A stretch of 64,000 bases of DNA from Lingula anatina (Eukaryota > Animalia > Brachiopoda), in contig CM120646.1 in the NCBI GenBank assembly GCA_051362555.1, positions 7,068,001-7,132,000 of the forward strand, read 5' to 3'. The notes under the pieces are model-generated. The model was given only the letters and a program-made list of their open reading frames with translations. It did not search any database and was not told where the DNA came from. Made by a program: the position numbers and the translations under genes. Position 1 is the stretch's first letter, and the number at the start of each line of letters is the position of its first letter. Shown in pieces: positions 38,436-50,857 of the stretch.

Positions 38436-39917
38436 CTCTAGGATATACCGGGTACTCACCGCCACTTAAGTCATATGGATGCATCCTACTCAGAACACAT
38501 TCAATCAATCTATGTTACTACCACACCTGTGCATAAAACAAAAACACACAGACATCTTGTTTGTATATGTGTAATATGATATCGACAAAATTGTTTAGAT
38601 AACTGAAATATCTGAAAATTATAACAGTCAAAATGAAAGACCCAGTTATGAAAACAAGTTCCAACAAAGCTACTGAAATTGGATTTAGCGATGCACTATT
38701 AGTAACATTTCAAGCACAATCTTCCCAAACCACTTGTTTGTGGCTGTTCTGGGCACACTGTCTGGTTGTATAAAGCACATGGTTCACTGCAATACAATAT
38801 AAAGTACTGATAAGAAGTGGAACATTTGAATTAAAAAAAAAGAGTTTGTGATGTATATGCCACACTTATTGGTTTATCTCTGCAAAAATCTGTGCAAGTG
38901 TGTAGGATTAGTAGACTGACAAACTCATGCTATAGAAAAGAAAATTTGGATAAAAAATAAAGAGATAGCAAATTAATTCATAAGACAGGGGTCATAAATG
39001 ACCCCACACGATCACTTGAAGGTAAAGGAATATTTTCATATTTGAGAAACAGCATTTCAGCCCTTGCAATTTTAATAAAATTGTGAAATTTAATGTACAC
39101 ACCATATCAGTAAAATGTTTCTGAGAAGATATAAGGGTAAGTGTAGGTCGCTTTCCGTATGCCGTAATTAGTGATTAGTTTAACTCTAGATCTATAGATT
39201 TCTTTTTTCGCACAGTTTCAATTCATTACTATGATAAATTCTGTGTCTGCACAGATATTTATCAGTACTCGCACATGAACCAGTGCACTCAGTATGCTGT
39301 TATCACTTTGAAGTGAAAACGGCCCTAAAATTACAGAATAATGCAACAAAGAAAATTGTCTTCACTGGCGATATAAAACCATAGTTTATCATGTCTTGGT
39401 GAAGATGAAAAAAATTTAACAAAAATGTAAACCTTGTCCAATTCTTGTAAATTTGGAATTTCAAATTCAGGGGGAACCTTTTGGTGTCTACATGCGACAG
39501 TAATGATAATATGCGATGGGTCACCGGGCGTCCATTCTCCTATCTACCATTCCTTTTACATTTATACAATTTTCCTTAGTAAATCGCAACTTGAATCATG
39601 CCCTCTACAATATAAATTTACCGTGTAAAAGTTAAAGATTGCCATCACGCTATTTCTAATATCTGCATGTTCTTACCAATATACCTGTAACAGTACGCGT
39701 CATGCCTTCCACTTAAATTAAGACTTATATCAGTAAAGTTGTATTCCTACTTGTATTTCAACAATATCAACTCAAAAAAATGTAGATCAGGTTCAAGGTC
39801 GTACATGTAACTCGGAACGAGACATGCGCCTCTTTGCATTGTGGTACCCTCTGGTGGCAGGCTTTAGTTAAACATATGATGCACCGTCATGAATGGGAAG
39901 GGTAAAAAACCTTCAAA

Positions 39918-39919
<2 letters not shown>

Positions 39920-40002
<83 letters not shown>
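39920..40002. repeat. (AT)n microsatellite
   Basis: Directly visible. Confidence 0.95.
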
Positions 40003-40004
<2 letters not shown>

Positions 40005-40639
40005 ACTGCCCCATTTGTAATTTAGTCCACAGGTAACATGAGGTGAAGTAGATACTTGAATTGCATACCGGGATTATTCTTTATCATTCTAACATTCAGG
40101 GTCGAGCAAGCGGTTGACATCAATCAATTGGCCCATAGAAGAAAACAGAAAGCCCACACACACACATACACAGAGAGAGAGATAGACACCCATAAAGAGT
40201 ATTCTATCTTATAAATTGTTAAAAATAAATTGGTTATATTTATAAATTTCTACAATAATAGGCTCGCACCAATGTGCTATGGAATAGAAAGAGACTTGCA
40301 ATAGTTCAGTATATACAAAATACATAATGATAAGATATAAACATATGAAATACGTGTTATAGGTCCTGTGAATATAATAGTAGGAAAATTTAAAATTTCT
40401 ATGTGCATCAGGCAACAGTTTACAGCTTGAAAGATATTTAGTAAGATTGTGTGTATTAGTATCACTCATGCTATTCTTTAACATTCACCAAGCCTCATAT
40501 TCCTATATTTGTTTATACCATATTAATCAGCTAACCCTACCGGTATGTTTGCATAGCTTTGACCTACAGGTAAGATAGCTGTCGATAAGCCTGTGGTCAT
40601 GCATCACCCCACTTCTTAAGAATGCATTATTTTAAGATA

Positions 40640-42017
40640 TCCAACCCCTGTACCTTCATAAGGGAGGAAAACATTTCTAGTTGATTTATGTAGAAAGTGT
40701 TGTGAAGGAAATTTTCACAGATTATAAGTATCCATTACTTCTTTTACAGCTCCAATCACCGTCATTTTAGTTAAAGAAACGTTATGCACCAAGCGTCATT
40801 TCATAAGAAATAGATAATATTTTTTTGTGAAATGCTACAGTTCTGCATAATGTTTTAAAGACTAATTATTGTGATAAACTTTTGTTGTTTTGCCTAAACT
40901 GTCATTTCTTTCGGTTATAGTTGAAGGCACATATTGTATTAAAGTAAATGCTTTACACCTTCACTTATAACAAGTAATAATTAAACAGGAGTGAAATGAG
41001 TGATGATAGGGAGTTATTGAGTATAAGTTAAATATCAACAAGTGTATAAATTTTCGTGGAAGGAAAAGATGGAATTTGGCAAAATCACGACGATCTGATT
41101 GATGAAGACGGACTCTTTTTAACGTTTGATAAATTTTGTACACGATACCAGATTAATTGTCCCTTCACGGTATTTGGGGGGCGGGGGGTAAACAACTCAA
41201 TAACTAGTTAATGGCCTCAAATTGTGAATGTCAGGGATAGGATTGAGAGGACCTTCAAGCCAAAATTCATTGAAATTATTTGTAAGGATTCAAAAGGATC
41301 AAGATCAATATATGACATAATTATTAAGAGTAATAAACCTTGTGCAGAATCGAAATGGGAAACGATGTTCAACTTAGGTGATAACTTCAACTGGAAAAAT
41401 GTATACCGAAATATTTTTCAGTGCACTGTAGATACAGTATAAGGTGGTTGCAGTATCGAATAGTGCACAGGATTTTAGCTACTAACGTGTATTTATATAA
41501 AATTAAGATAAAAAATAACTCACGATGCACATTTTGTGAAGAGGGAGAGGAAACATTAAACCATTTATTTTTTTTAATGTAAGGAGGTTCGACCGATATG
41601 GCAAAAAATGCAAAATTGGATAAAAGAAAAGTCCTCATTGGAAATTGAGTTCTCGTGTATGGATGTTTTATTTTTAAAAAAATTGGACGAAAATACCAGT
41701 CTTTGAATTTACTGATATTATGGACAAAAAACATAATTTATAAGAATAAACTGCAAATAAGGCATCTAAACTTTATAGAATTTCAGGCTAGCATCAAAAA
41801 TATTTTGAAATAGAAAAATATATGTTCTTGAAAGAAGGGAAGAGGGATAAATTTGAAACAATATGGAACACACTTCTAAACTTATTTGTGTAGTTTGAAG
41901 GGGTTAGTGTCTACATTATGTGCGGGTGTATATATACATGTACTTATATATTGAAATGGAGTATATAAACGAAAGAGTAGAAATAGGTAGAGTGTATGTT
42001 TTTGGTTGATGCATAAC

Positions 42018-42077
<60 letters not shown>

Positions 42078-42373
42078 GTAATGCTATTATTATTATTATT
42101 ATCATTATCACTATTATTAGTATCATCAGTTACTCTTAGATTAGTTTAAGGTATAAAGAAATTGTGCGTATTCGTCTTCAATGTATCCATTTTTTTAATA
42201 AATATATATTAGTTAGATATGTTTTTTTGTCTCTATGTATACTCTGAATTATTTTCTTTATTATTTTTTTTTCTGTTTCTCTTATTTTGATCCTTTGTGC
42301 CACTACAGGTATCGATAATTAATTATTTTATTAGTTGATTTACAATTGTATAGTTATTCATTCTATTTTCTGC

Positions 42374-42404
<31 letters not shown>

Positions 42405-44060
42405 CATTTAGTTCAATTAGTTTGGTAAAAAATCTCAGTAGATTTGCAGGTTTCTATTACTTGTTAGATACATGAAAACTACGGATAGATATGGTCCAAG
42501 TACGATTAATTCAAACATATTTTAAACCTTATTAACTAATAAGGAAATGTTGAATGGCGATCACGCAAAGACTATGAAAAGAGAAACGAGTAAATGCGTG
42601 ATCAGTACGGAGAAATAGAGTAATGGCAAATTTTCAAAAGATAATCAAATTATTTTCTAGCATAACTCCATTAGGTAACTTGGAAAACCCTTAGAAATAA
42701 TGTGACATCATCACAAATATATATTTTGAAAAAAAAATCTGTTTTCATTCCAGTTTAAAGAATATCCCATGTCTTTGTAACACAGTTAATAAACTGGCAC
42801 TGTAATATATCGTTAGTCACATCCAAAAAGTAGGCCTTGGAAGGAAACAGAAACGTAACCAATATATAATTTGTTCTTTCTCATGAATATTTTATATAAT
42901 AGTTTACCACGATATCAAACATAGCGGGCACCCTTGTGAAAAATTGAGGATTCCATTTCTTTTTACATCAAATCGGTGTTTGTCTTAAATGTACATGTAT
43001 GCACTTATCTCAGATTTTCACACATGTCCAGCATCAGATGTCCAAATTTCAAACTGAAACAAATTCAGGCACAGAAATTTGCATTTAACTGTTTATCACT
43101 CATGAAATTGTGTTTTCTCACCAGGTGCAATGTTGGCTTAAGTGGTCCATACAGCAACCACATTTTCAAATTGACAGGGCTCAGTCACCAAGAGATCGTT
43201 GTCAGTCATATTGGGCGGAGCAGTTGACAGTTTAAATTTTTGGTATCAGAAGGTAAGAACATGGGGGGGTTCTGTGAAGGGCAGAAACCACTAAATCAAC
43301 CAATCCATTGGGATCCAATCCATTAAATATGTACCCTTTTAAGACATCAAACCCCAGAGCCTTCATTAGAGAGGGGGATATTGTTAGCTGATTTATGTAC
43401 AAAGAGTTGTGAAGGAATTCTTCACAGATTTAAAAAAAACTTCGTCACTTCTTACACAGCTCCCATTACCATCGTTTTAGTTCAGCTAATGTTGAGCACC
43501 GCGCGTAATTTCATAACATAATATAAGTTATCATTTTTTAGAGAAATGCTATAGTTTTGCACAATGTTTTTAACTAGACAGTATTGTGAAAACATTCATT
43601 GTTTTGCCTAAACTGTCATTTATTTCATTTGTGATGGGAGACACATATGTGCAAACTTTTTTCTATATGTCGCTTAAGTAACTTGGAAAGTGTAAGACTC
43701 TATAATCTTATAGCCAGATACATCATCAAAAAATCTTTCAATTTTGAAAAATTACAAGTTGTGTTCATTTAAGTCAAATAAAGCAGCTCATGCCTTCGTA
43801 ACACAGTTACTGTTACTGTTACTGAAGTGTTACTGAAATATTTTGGAAATTTGTGTGGTCACGCCCAAAAAGCATTCTTTGGGCCCAAGCAGAAACGTAA
43901 ACAGTATATTTTATTTTCTTATTCGTCTTCAGATATATTATATAAATATATCTGATTAATATTATTAATACAAATAATTTACCAAAATATCAAACATACT
44001 ATTGTGCTCCTGTAAAACAGTGATCATAAGGATTCCTCTTTCTATATCAAGTCGTTGATT
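40640..44060 (+). repeat. Old tandem duplication (first unit interrupted by the LINE)
   Basis: 40640-40935 resembles 43330-43650, and 42670-42990 resembles 43675-44065. Confidence 0.7.
40990..42401 (+). mobile_element. 5'-truncated, frameshifted Tx1/L1-clade LINE
   Basis: Remnant ORF2 C-terminus DLIDEDGLFLTFDKF...WKNVYRNIFQCT..RWLQYRIVHRILATNVYLYKIKIKNNSRCTFCEEGEETLNHLFF (zf-RVT zinc knuckle). Stop at about 41893, AT-rich 3' region with (ATT)n, and poly(A) at 42374-42401. Confidence 0.85.
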
Positions 44061-47000
44061 ATCTTAAACAATTTTTGATTAAATCAATAGTGGTGAAAAG
44101 GAAAACGGATGAAGTTGAAAAAAAATCCATCTGATAATTATACATCCAATGATTTCATTGTTTTGTTTTGAAAATAATAAGTAAACATCTTGAGCTCGTG
44201 AACTATTGTGCAAGGATGTATTGATACTGTAATTTTCAGGTAGTGATTTAACATATAATGCTGTATTTCATACTGTGTCATACACATGCATTGTATGCAT
44301 CGATCATTTTTTTCTGCAAACTTTCCATTTCCTAAGTGGAAGGCAGCATTCTAAAGTGTACATAATGGATTATTTTCCTATATTATACATATTAATGCAC
44401 GACTGTTGGATATATGGTGGTCACAACAAGCCCATTATGCTGAGGCATTACAAGCACTGCAACGTATTCTCTCTCTATTGGCACATTGCTACATTGTCCC
44501 TATATACTTTCAGAAATCAACCAAAACGACTATTTTCGTCTGTAAACATGCCAAAGAACGTTGAGCCATGTTTCTCCTTGGAACAACACGGCTCTTCTTG
44601 ATGCATTTTTGTAAAGGAGATCATTTCGATCACTCTTGTGTCCTTTGTAGAAAAAGAAAGAAAAAAAAACTTGTAAATGTGTTCATAACGAATCAGGTCT
44701 TATTCAGACCAGTATACAGTTCGTTGTTCATGCACATTGTAAAATTCTGGGGTTGGGAATAAATAATTTAACTCGGTCAGTAGAAGCTTGCACTTGCATA
44801 TGAATCAAATCTCAGTTTTGTCTTGTTTTGTTGTAGGTCATGGCAGGGACAATTGTATGCAGTGGTCATTAGAAATGTCGCCAGATCCACCACGATGCTC
44901 CGGCCAGCATGGACACTGTCCTGCAGCTCAGATCTGGTGCGATTATGAATAACCTATTATCCTCCCGCGGCATGGAACAAACTTCACTGCGGTTTGAGTA
45001 TGAAAAGAGGATCACTAAAATGAGTGGCTTCGGATTTCGTTTTCAGGATAACTACAAAACAATTGTCGCAATAATCCTTGTTTTTAAATTGATTTAGGTA
45101 TTTAATCAATACATACATTTTTACGGTGCATATTTACGCTATTTACTTAACATATTTACAGTGACTAAGGCTGTATAATATATTCAGTAATTATACTACA
45201 TGTACATGTAGTAGCAAGGCACAAAAACTGTGTTAAAATAAATGCTGATTGTAATCAATGTACATGTTAACTAAAAATCAACAAAAAGTGCTATTGTATG
45301 TACCATATTCGAAATAAACCCCGGCAGTTAATGGTCAAAGATCGCTTCTTCGTTTATTTATGTTTTACATTTAATCAGTTGGAAATGCTCCAAAATTAAG
45401 TCTTACACATACATAGGAAATTAAAGTATTAAATAAATTATTTCAAACAATAAATTACAAAGTATTTTATCATTTAAAAGAAAATGATTCGTTACTCCTC
45501 GTCACGCTTAACATAGTGCAAGTTAACGATCACCAAAATTGGCACCGTAGTTCTGGAAAACCTTATTTTCTTTGATTGATAACAAATTCATAAGTTTACA
45601 AATCTCAAGTAAAAAGAGAAAATTAATGTTTCTTTGAAAATCAAGTCCATTTAACTTGCGTCATTTTCAGAAAGGTTTTCTTTAGATTTTCATTGAAACC
45701 ACATTTGTTTTTTTTTTAATTCTTATTTTAAATCTTAAACTACTGAAGTTATAATAGATCTTTCTATACATAGGTCAATAAAATACTTTTCCTGTATTTT
45801 TCTCTTCACTTAACGGATAAAGGACAGTGATTGATTTTAAATAGGATTAACATTTTAAGTCTTTGTCTACAGTAATGTAATAGGATGTTAGATTGTGTAA
45901 AAAGTGTCAATATTGCTATAGATGTGTATAAGCCGGGCACATCTGATGCACTACATAAACATATCTGAACAGTTTCATATTTTACTGAACCACTCCCTTG
46001 TGTGTGTGTGTGGCAGTGTGATTCAACTATTTTTGTATGTGGCAGTGTGATCCAGTTATTCCAAGTAGCAGCTTAATATATATACATGTATAGCGTACAA
46101 CAGAGGACTTTTTGTTTGTTTGTTTTTTTTTACGGAATCTTCAATAATAATTTTAATTTAAATATATAAGAATATATAATATACAATATAATGATCCCCT
46201 GCTTGGTCAGTTTATTAGCCAAATTGATATTTTGGAAAAATTTCAGGCTAAAAAGCAAAGATGCTATGGATGAGCTCATTCTCATATCGAGGCGCTACAT
46301 TTTTTTCTGATCTATGTGGAACGCCATCACTCCGGCAACATTTCAAAACGTTTGAAATTTACGCACAGACACGTCAGGTTCACCCTCAAGAGGATACCGT
46401 ATAAAATATTGAAATCTGTATTTGATTTTTTAATATCGTAAGCTTATTTAATAGTTCATTCAGTGAATTTTTGTGAAAAAATCCATTAAGAATTTGAATG
46501 AAAACAGTGGTTTATGACTCGATTATATATATTAATTTTATTTATTTATTTATCTATTTTTATTTATTTATTTTATTTTATTTTATTAATTACTTAATTA
46601 TTTATTTATTGGTTTTGGGAGTATAAATAGCTTTGAAGCTACAAGACATGCAATGGCAGATTTAGTGGAGGACACAGCAGGCACGTATCCCTTACATTAA
46701 TCTCCCGTGGTACTTTCTTTTTTTTAACTATTTTGGAAGTTGCAAAGTGCAGCATAAACCCTTTTGATGTGCCATTATTAGTTGAATTAGCCTGAACTTT
46801 TTCCCTAAATAATTTGCAAGATTCACATAGAATACCTTTTTCTTCGAGAAGGAAACGATATAAATATCAGGTGCTTTATTTTTTCATTGCACTGTTCATC
46901 AATGCAAGCTGCAAATATAAAATTAAGAATAAAAAGAACACATGTTTAACATGATTTTATTATGCTTAAGCACAAGCACGGCGAAACACAGTAGATATGA

Positions 47001-48767
47001 ACGACAACCAATGATTTAAAAAAATCAAAATTATATGATACCATGTAATATGTTTCCAATAATAAGCTCCCACGTACACTACAAATAGTACAATGCAGAA
47101 TTTGTTTCTAGAATATTTCCCAAATAGGTTTGTTTTAACGGAATATAATTTTTTCGTCGTAACATTGATGGTGTACAATTGCATAAATAAGATTGAAAAT
47201 TTCCCACAATTTGACCACTTTGTCGAAATTAACTGTAGAAATGAATCAAAGAAAACAAAGGGTTTATAACTTAAACCTAAATTAATAAACACGAGCACCT
47301 CTTAATAAAGAACCACATTATATATCATAAGGGTTATACAAATTGTTTTAATGGTTGCCAATACTTAAACATGTAAGAAAAGTCAACGAAGAACCAAAAG
47401 AATTGCGAGCACCACCAGTTTCAATATTCAGTGTCCATTGTTGATTTCCGTTTGGTCATTTTGTCCTTTAGCCGCTGTAGGGTTGCCTCCGTTTAAGTAA
47501 AGATCATTTAAGTTCGCTGACGGAAAGTCCTTTTAGTAGCAAAGCATGTTTGCAAGTTGCAAGACTTCGAAATAACGAAAAGAGACAGTTTCTACTAGTT
47601 ATTTGAACAGTTTCAGTGGCATCATTTTGAGTCCCAAGTGGTCTTGTGTCCATATACCGGTACATGGGTGTAAGGTTTGAGGGGGCGTTCAGCACTCCCC
47701 TTTAGCTCACACCGACACCTGAATATAGTACCCTTATAGTGTCCTATTACATACACGCCCATAAGCTGACCTTTTCTTCATTATCAAAAAAGCACAAATG
47801 TCTGTAATAATTTTGACATTGCTTGTCTCCAACATGTCTAAAATATGTCATGCAGCTCTCATTCTAGCACCCTTACACTTTCTTTCGGTATTTGTTTGTC
47901 ATATCCTGTACTGAAATGGCAATTTCTGTGAGCATCGATCTTTCCATGATAATAAACGTCATAATTAATAATAAATAATAACGTATAATTATGTAACTAC
48001 GGGATGGAGCAATGAATTCGAAAAATTAATCACCCCAAAAACTTCTTACTAAAATAACTTATAGAATATCTACGAAAACATACATGTAACCAAAAGCATA
48101 TATCGAATAATTCTTCAGCTGATACTTTTCTTTTAACGTTAAGGAATTATTAAAATACAAAGTCGAAATAATACTATTAGTTCCAATTTGGTAAATAACA
48201 TGTACATGCACATGTTAAAAAACATATCTTGTTCTATTTCATCCATAACATTTTATCTAGAGCGTGTGAGTCTTAAAAGTAAAGACACCGCATTGCAATG
48301 CATATCCCTCGGTTAAAACTAAAAACATCTCCCAATTATAAGCGAATTCTATGCTCTACCTCGACTTAAATTAATTACGAAATTACTTATCTCGAGAAAA
48401 AAGTTAACATTACATACATGCATAGTTCCAAATGAAGTCATAATGTCCTTTGATTTAATATCAGTGGCAGATATCATTATGCTTGTAATATTATCATTAT
48501 CTTCAAACAAGCTATTGGACACTATCGAGGATAACCTTATGAAAAAAAAAAAAACGGATATACACACTAGATATTGTAAACGTCTATAAAGCGGGAGAAA
48601 AATGATATTACTTATTCCCGTGATACTTGTTATTGTTTATTTTGGAGAAACCCGTGCCATAAAAATAAAGAAAGAATTATGAAGCTTGTCTCAAGGCATT
48701 TTAACTAGCCAGAAAGAAGATACGAGGGTAGTTGGGAGTAGTTGGAGGCGTCTGGGGTCTTGTCCAT

Positions 48768-48777
48768 TTATGGCCAC
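48768..48777 (-). CDS. Single-VWD protein copy 1, terminal exon coding part (P-W-P-stop)
   Basis: tttcctttcag|GTGGCCATAA; minus-strand AATAAA at about 48641-48636; the acceptor is conserved in copy 2. Confidence 0.55.
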
Positions 48778-49016
48778 CTGAAAGGAAATGTGTCATAATG
48801 ACTCCACTTGCATTTCGTCTTACCGATGATATTGTTAAGAAAGGTAGTAAAAAACAATGATAAAAAGACAGAAAATTATCCAAAATGGCGAGTTCTGTTC
48901 CCTTCCAGAAACTGTCAAAAAAGAAAAACTCCCACAGATATTTGTTTTACGCAACGCATGCTGCAACAAACATAATGTTATACTATTTGTTTGGAAAATT
49001 AGAGACAGTTTTTAAC

Positions 49017-49195
49017 GGGGGAGTGGAGAAGTTGGGTTAGTTTCTCCCCTAGCTTAAAGCGCTGAATTCAGCAGTAATGGTGTATACAGAAGATGATAAT
49101 ACGGGGTAGGGGTTGGAGTGAGAGAAGTGGGGTAAGTTCCCTTCCTCTCTTAATGCTCTGAATTCAACAGTAATGGTCAATAGTAAAGATTTTAT

Positions 49196-49236
<41 letters not shown>

Positions 49237-49300
49237 AAGGTTACCCCCCCCTCGCTAAAAGACACGAGTTTCCCAGTTATGGTTAATACAAATAATTTTA
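49017..49300. repeat. Three ~85-100-bp degenerate tandem repeats, one with a 36-nt poly-G
   Basis: Unit gggg..ggaga..gggttagttt..ccctcgcttaa..ctgaatt..cagtaatgg..aatac; three matching units at 59908-60152. Confidence 0.8.
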
Positions 49301-49305
49301 CTTAC

Positions 49306-49643
49306 GGCCACAAAGGAGAAGTAGCATTGACGAGCGGTCCCCAAGGGGTGTCTCCGCTCGTGAGAATGTCTAGGCTGATCTTGTCGTTATCTGGGTTTGT
49401 GTTCCAATCGCCACATATGCCACGAATACGGTCGCACCAAATAGGGGGGATGACAATCACCATACAGTGACGGGCAATATAGAGCTTGATCTTGAAGAAT
49501 TTGCATTCGATACAGAGATAATACCCTGGTATGTGGGCATTTAGCCACACAACCGTGACGCGAAAATATATCCCATTAAACAGGAATTGCGGTCCTGTAA
49601 TTGATGTCGTCAATACTATGGGGGTTCCAGGACCATCTTCTAT
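49306..49643 (-). CDS. Single-VWD protein copy 1, exon 3
   Basis: ttattacag|IEDGPGTP...RIRGICGDWNTNPDND...SPLW; matches the VWD end motif GLCGNxNGxxxDD. Donor CC|GTAAGT, or read-through stop TAA at 49304-49302. Confidence 0.9.
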
Positions 49644-50513
49644 CTGTAATAAAAAAAAGACTTAAATAATAATGTTAGCTTTGTAATAGCATGGAAAAAT
49701 GGGATACTAATAGAGTCTCAAGGATGAATGACAAAAACACCTGCGTGCGCAGCATGGAAAAGTAGTCCGCTAGGAACCCTAGTCATTTTCCCATAACTTT
49801 CAACAGGTGCCGATCGTCCCTTTTAAGTCCCCGGATGGTAACTGCAAACACAAAGTCGGTTATTTATGAAATTGTTCAGCAACGTTTTATTAGAAAGATT
49901 ACATTAGTAATGTTAATAATATTAGAGATAACAGGTAAAAAGAGCTTTTAGCAAATAATGCTTTATGTTCCGCTCACTAAAGATGCAGGCGTGCATTGAC
50001 ATCGTAATTATACATTTTGTAAAGACATAAAAATGGAATAAATACATCATATCTATCTTACGTTTTATACTTCAGATAAGTTATTTGGTGTCCTTTCTAA
50101 AAATAATTTGGGACGGGGTTTCAGTGGCAGTTTTCAGTAGAATAAACACCTGAGACGAACATGTACATATTTTGGCAGGACAAGCTCAGTGCAGAAATTT
50201 GGATAATTGTACGGAGAATTATATTTTGCACTGCCGCGTTGCCCTACAACATACTCAAAATTGATGGTTCGAACGATATGCCTTGTCTGTAATGAGTGAG
50301 AATTAATCTTACAATGTAGCAGACGAATCAAGAGAACAATATATTTGAGAATGATTGTTAATAAAAATGATGGGTGGGGTTCCTGCTGCAGCGCAATCGC
50401 AAAAAATCTACCTTTAAACTCGTTAGATTGTGTGATCGCTTTACGACAACAAAAAAGATGAAAAGCATTATAATTTGTTGGTTCATGCTCCTTCTACAGT
50501 AACCAGAGATCAC

Positions 50514-50515
<2 letters not shown>

Positions 50516-50570
<55 letters not shown>
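50516..50570. repeat. (AT)n microsatellite
   Basis: Directly adjacent to the exon-2 donor. Confidence 0.95.
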
Positions 50571-50571
<1 letters not shown>

Positions 50572-50576
50572 CTCAC

Positions 50577-50857
50577 TTGTACAATGTATATTCCGGCGAA
50601 CGTGGTCTTGAAAAGGACGGTAACGCTACTTCTCCAGCAGCCAAATTTCACAGCTTTCAATCGGGTCTTCGGGGGACCATTGAAGAATTCGTGCCTTGTC
50701 AACACATACCACATACTACATCTAGGAAGGCCTACTGCAAAACGAGGCATTGCCATAAAGCCGATATGAGCAGGACTGGTGTTGTACTTAAACTGCCTTT
50801 TATCGCAAGTCATATAGCGGATATCGCCGTGGGCATGGCAATAACAAGTGCCAAAGT
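50577..50857 (-). CDS. Single-VWD protein copy 1, exon 2
   Basis: ccattccag|...|gtgagc, 281 nt: YFGTCYCHAHGDIRYMTCDKRQFKY..., resembling the VWD start C..xGDPHYxTFDGxxF. Confidence 0.88.

Noticed and set aside
49017-49300. Regularly spaced repeats as a CRISPR-like array
   Set aside because: The whole unit is degenerately repeated with no unique spacers, the context is a eukaryotic intron, and there are no cas genes.
49741-49842. Additional coding exon of the VWD gene
   Set aside because: Stops in all three minus-strand frames in copy 1, and exons 2 and 3 already join in phase 0.
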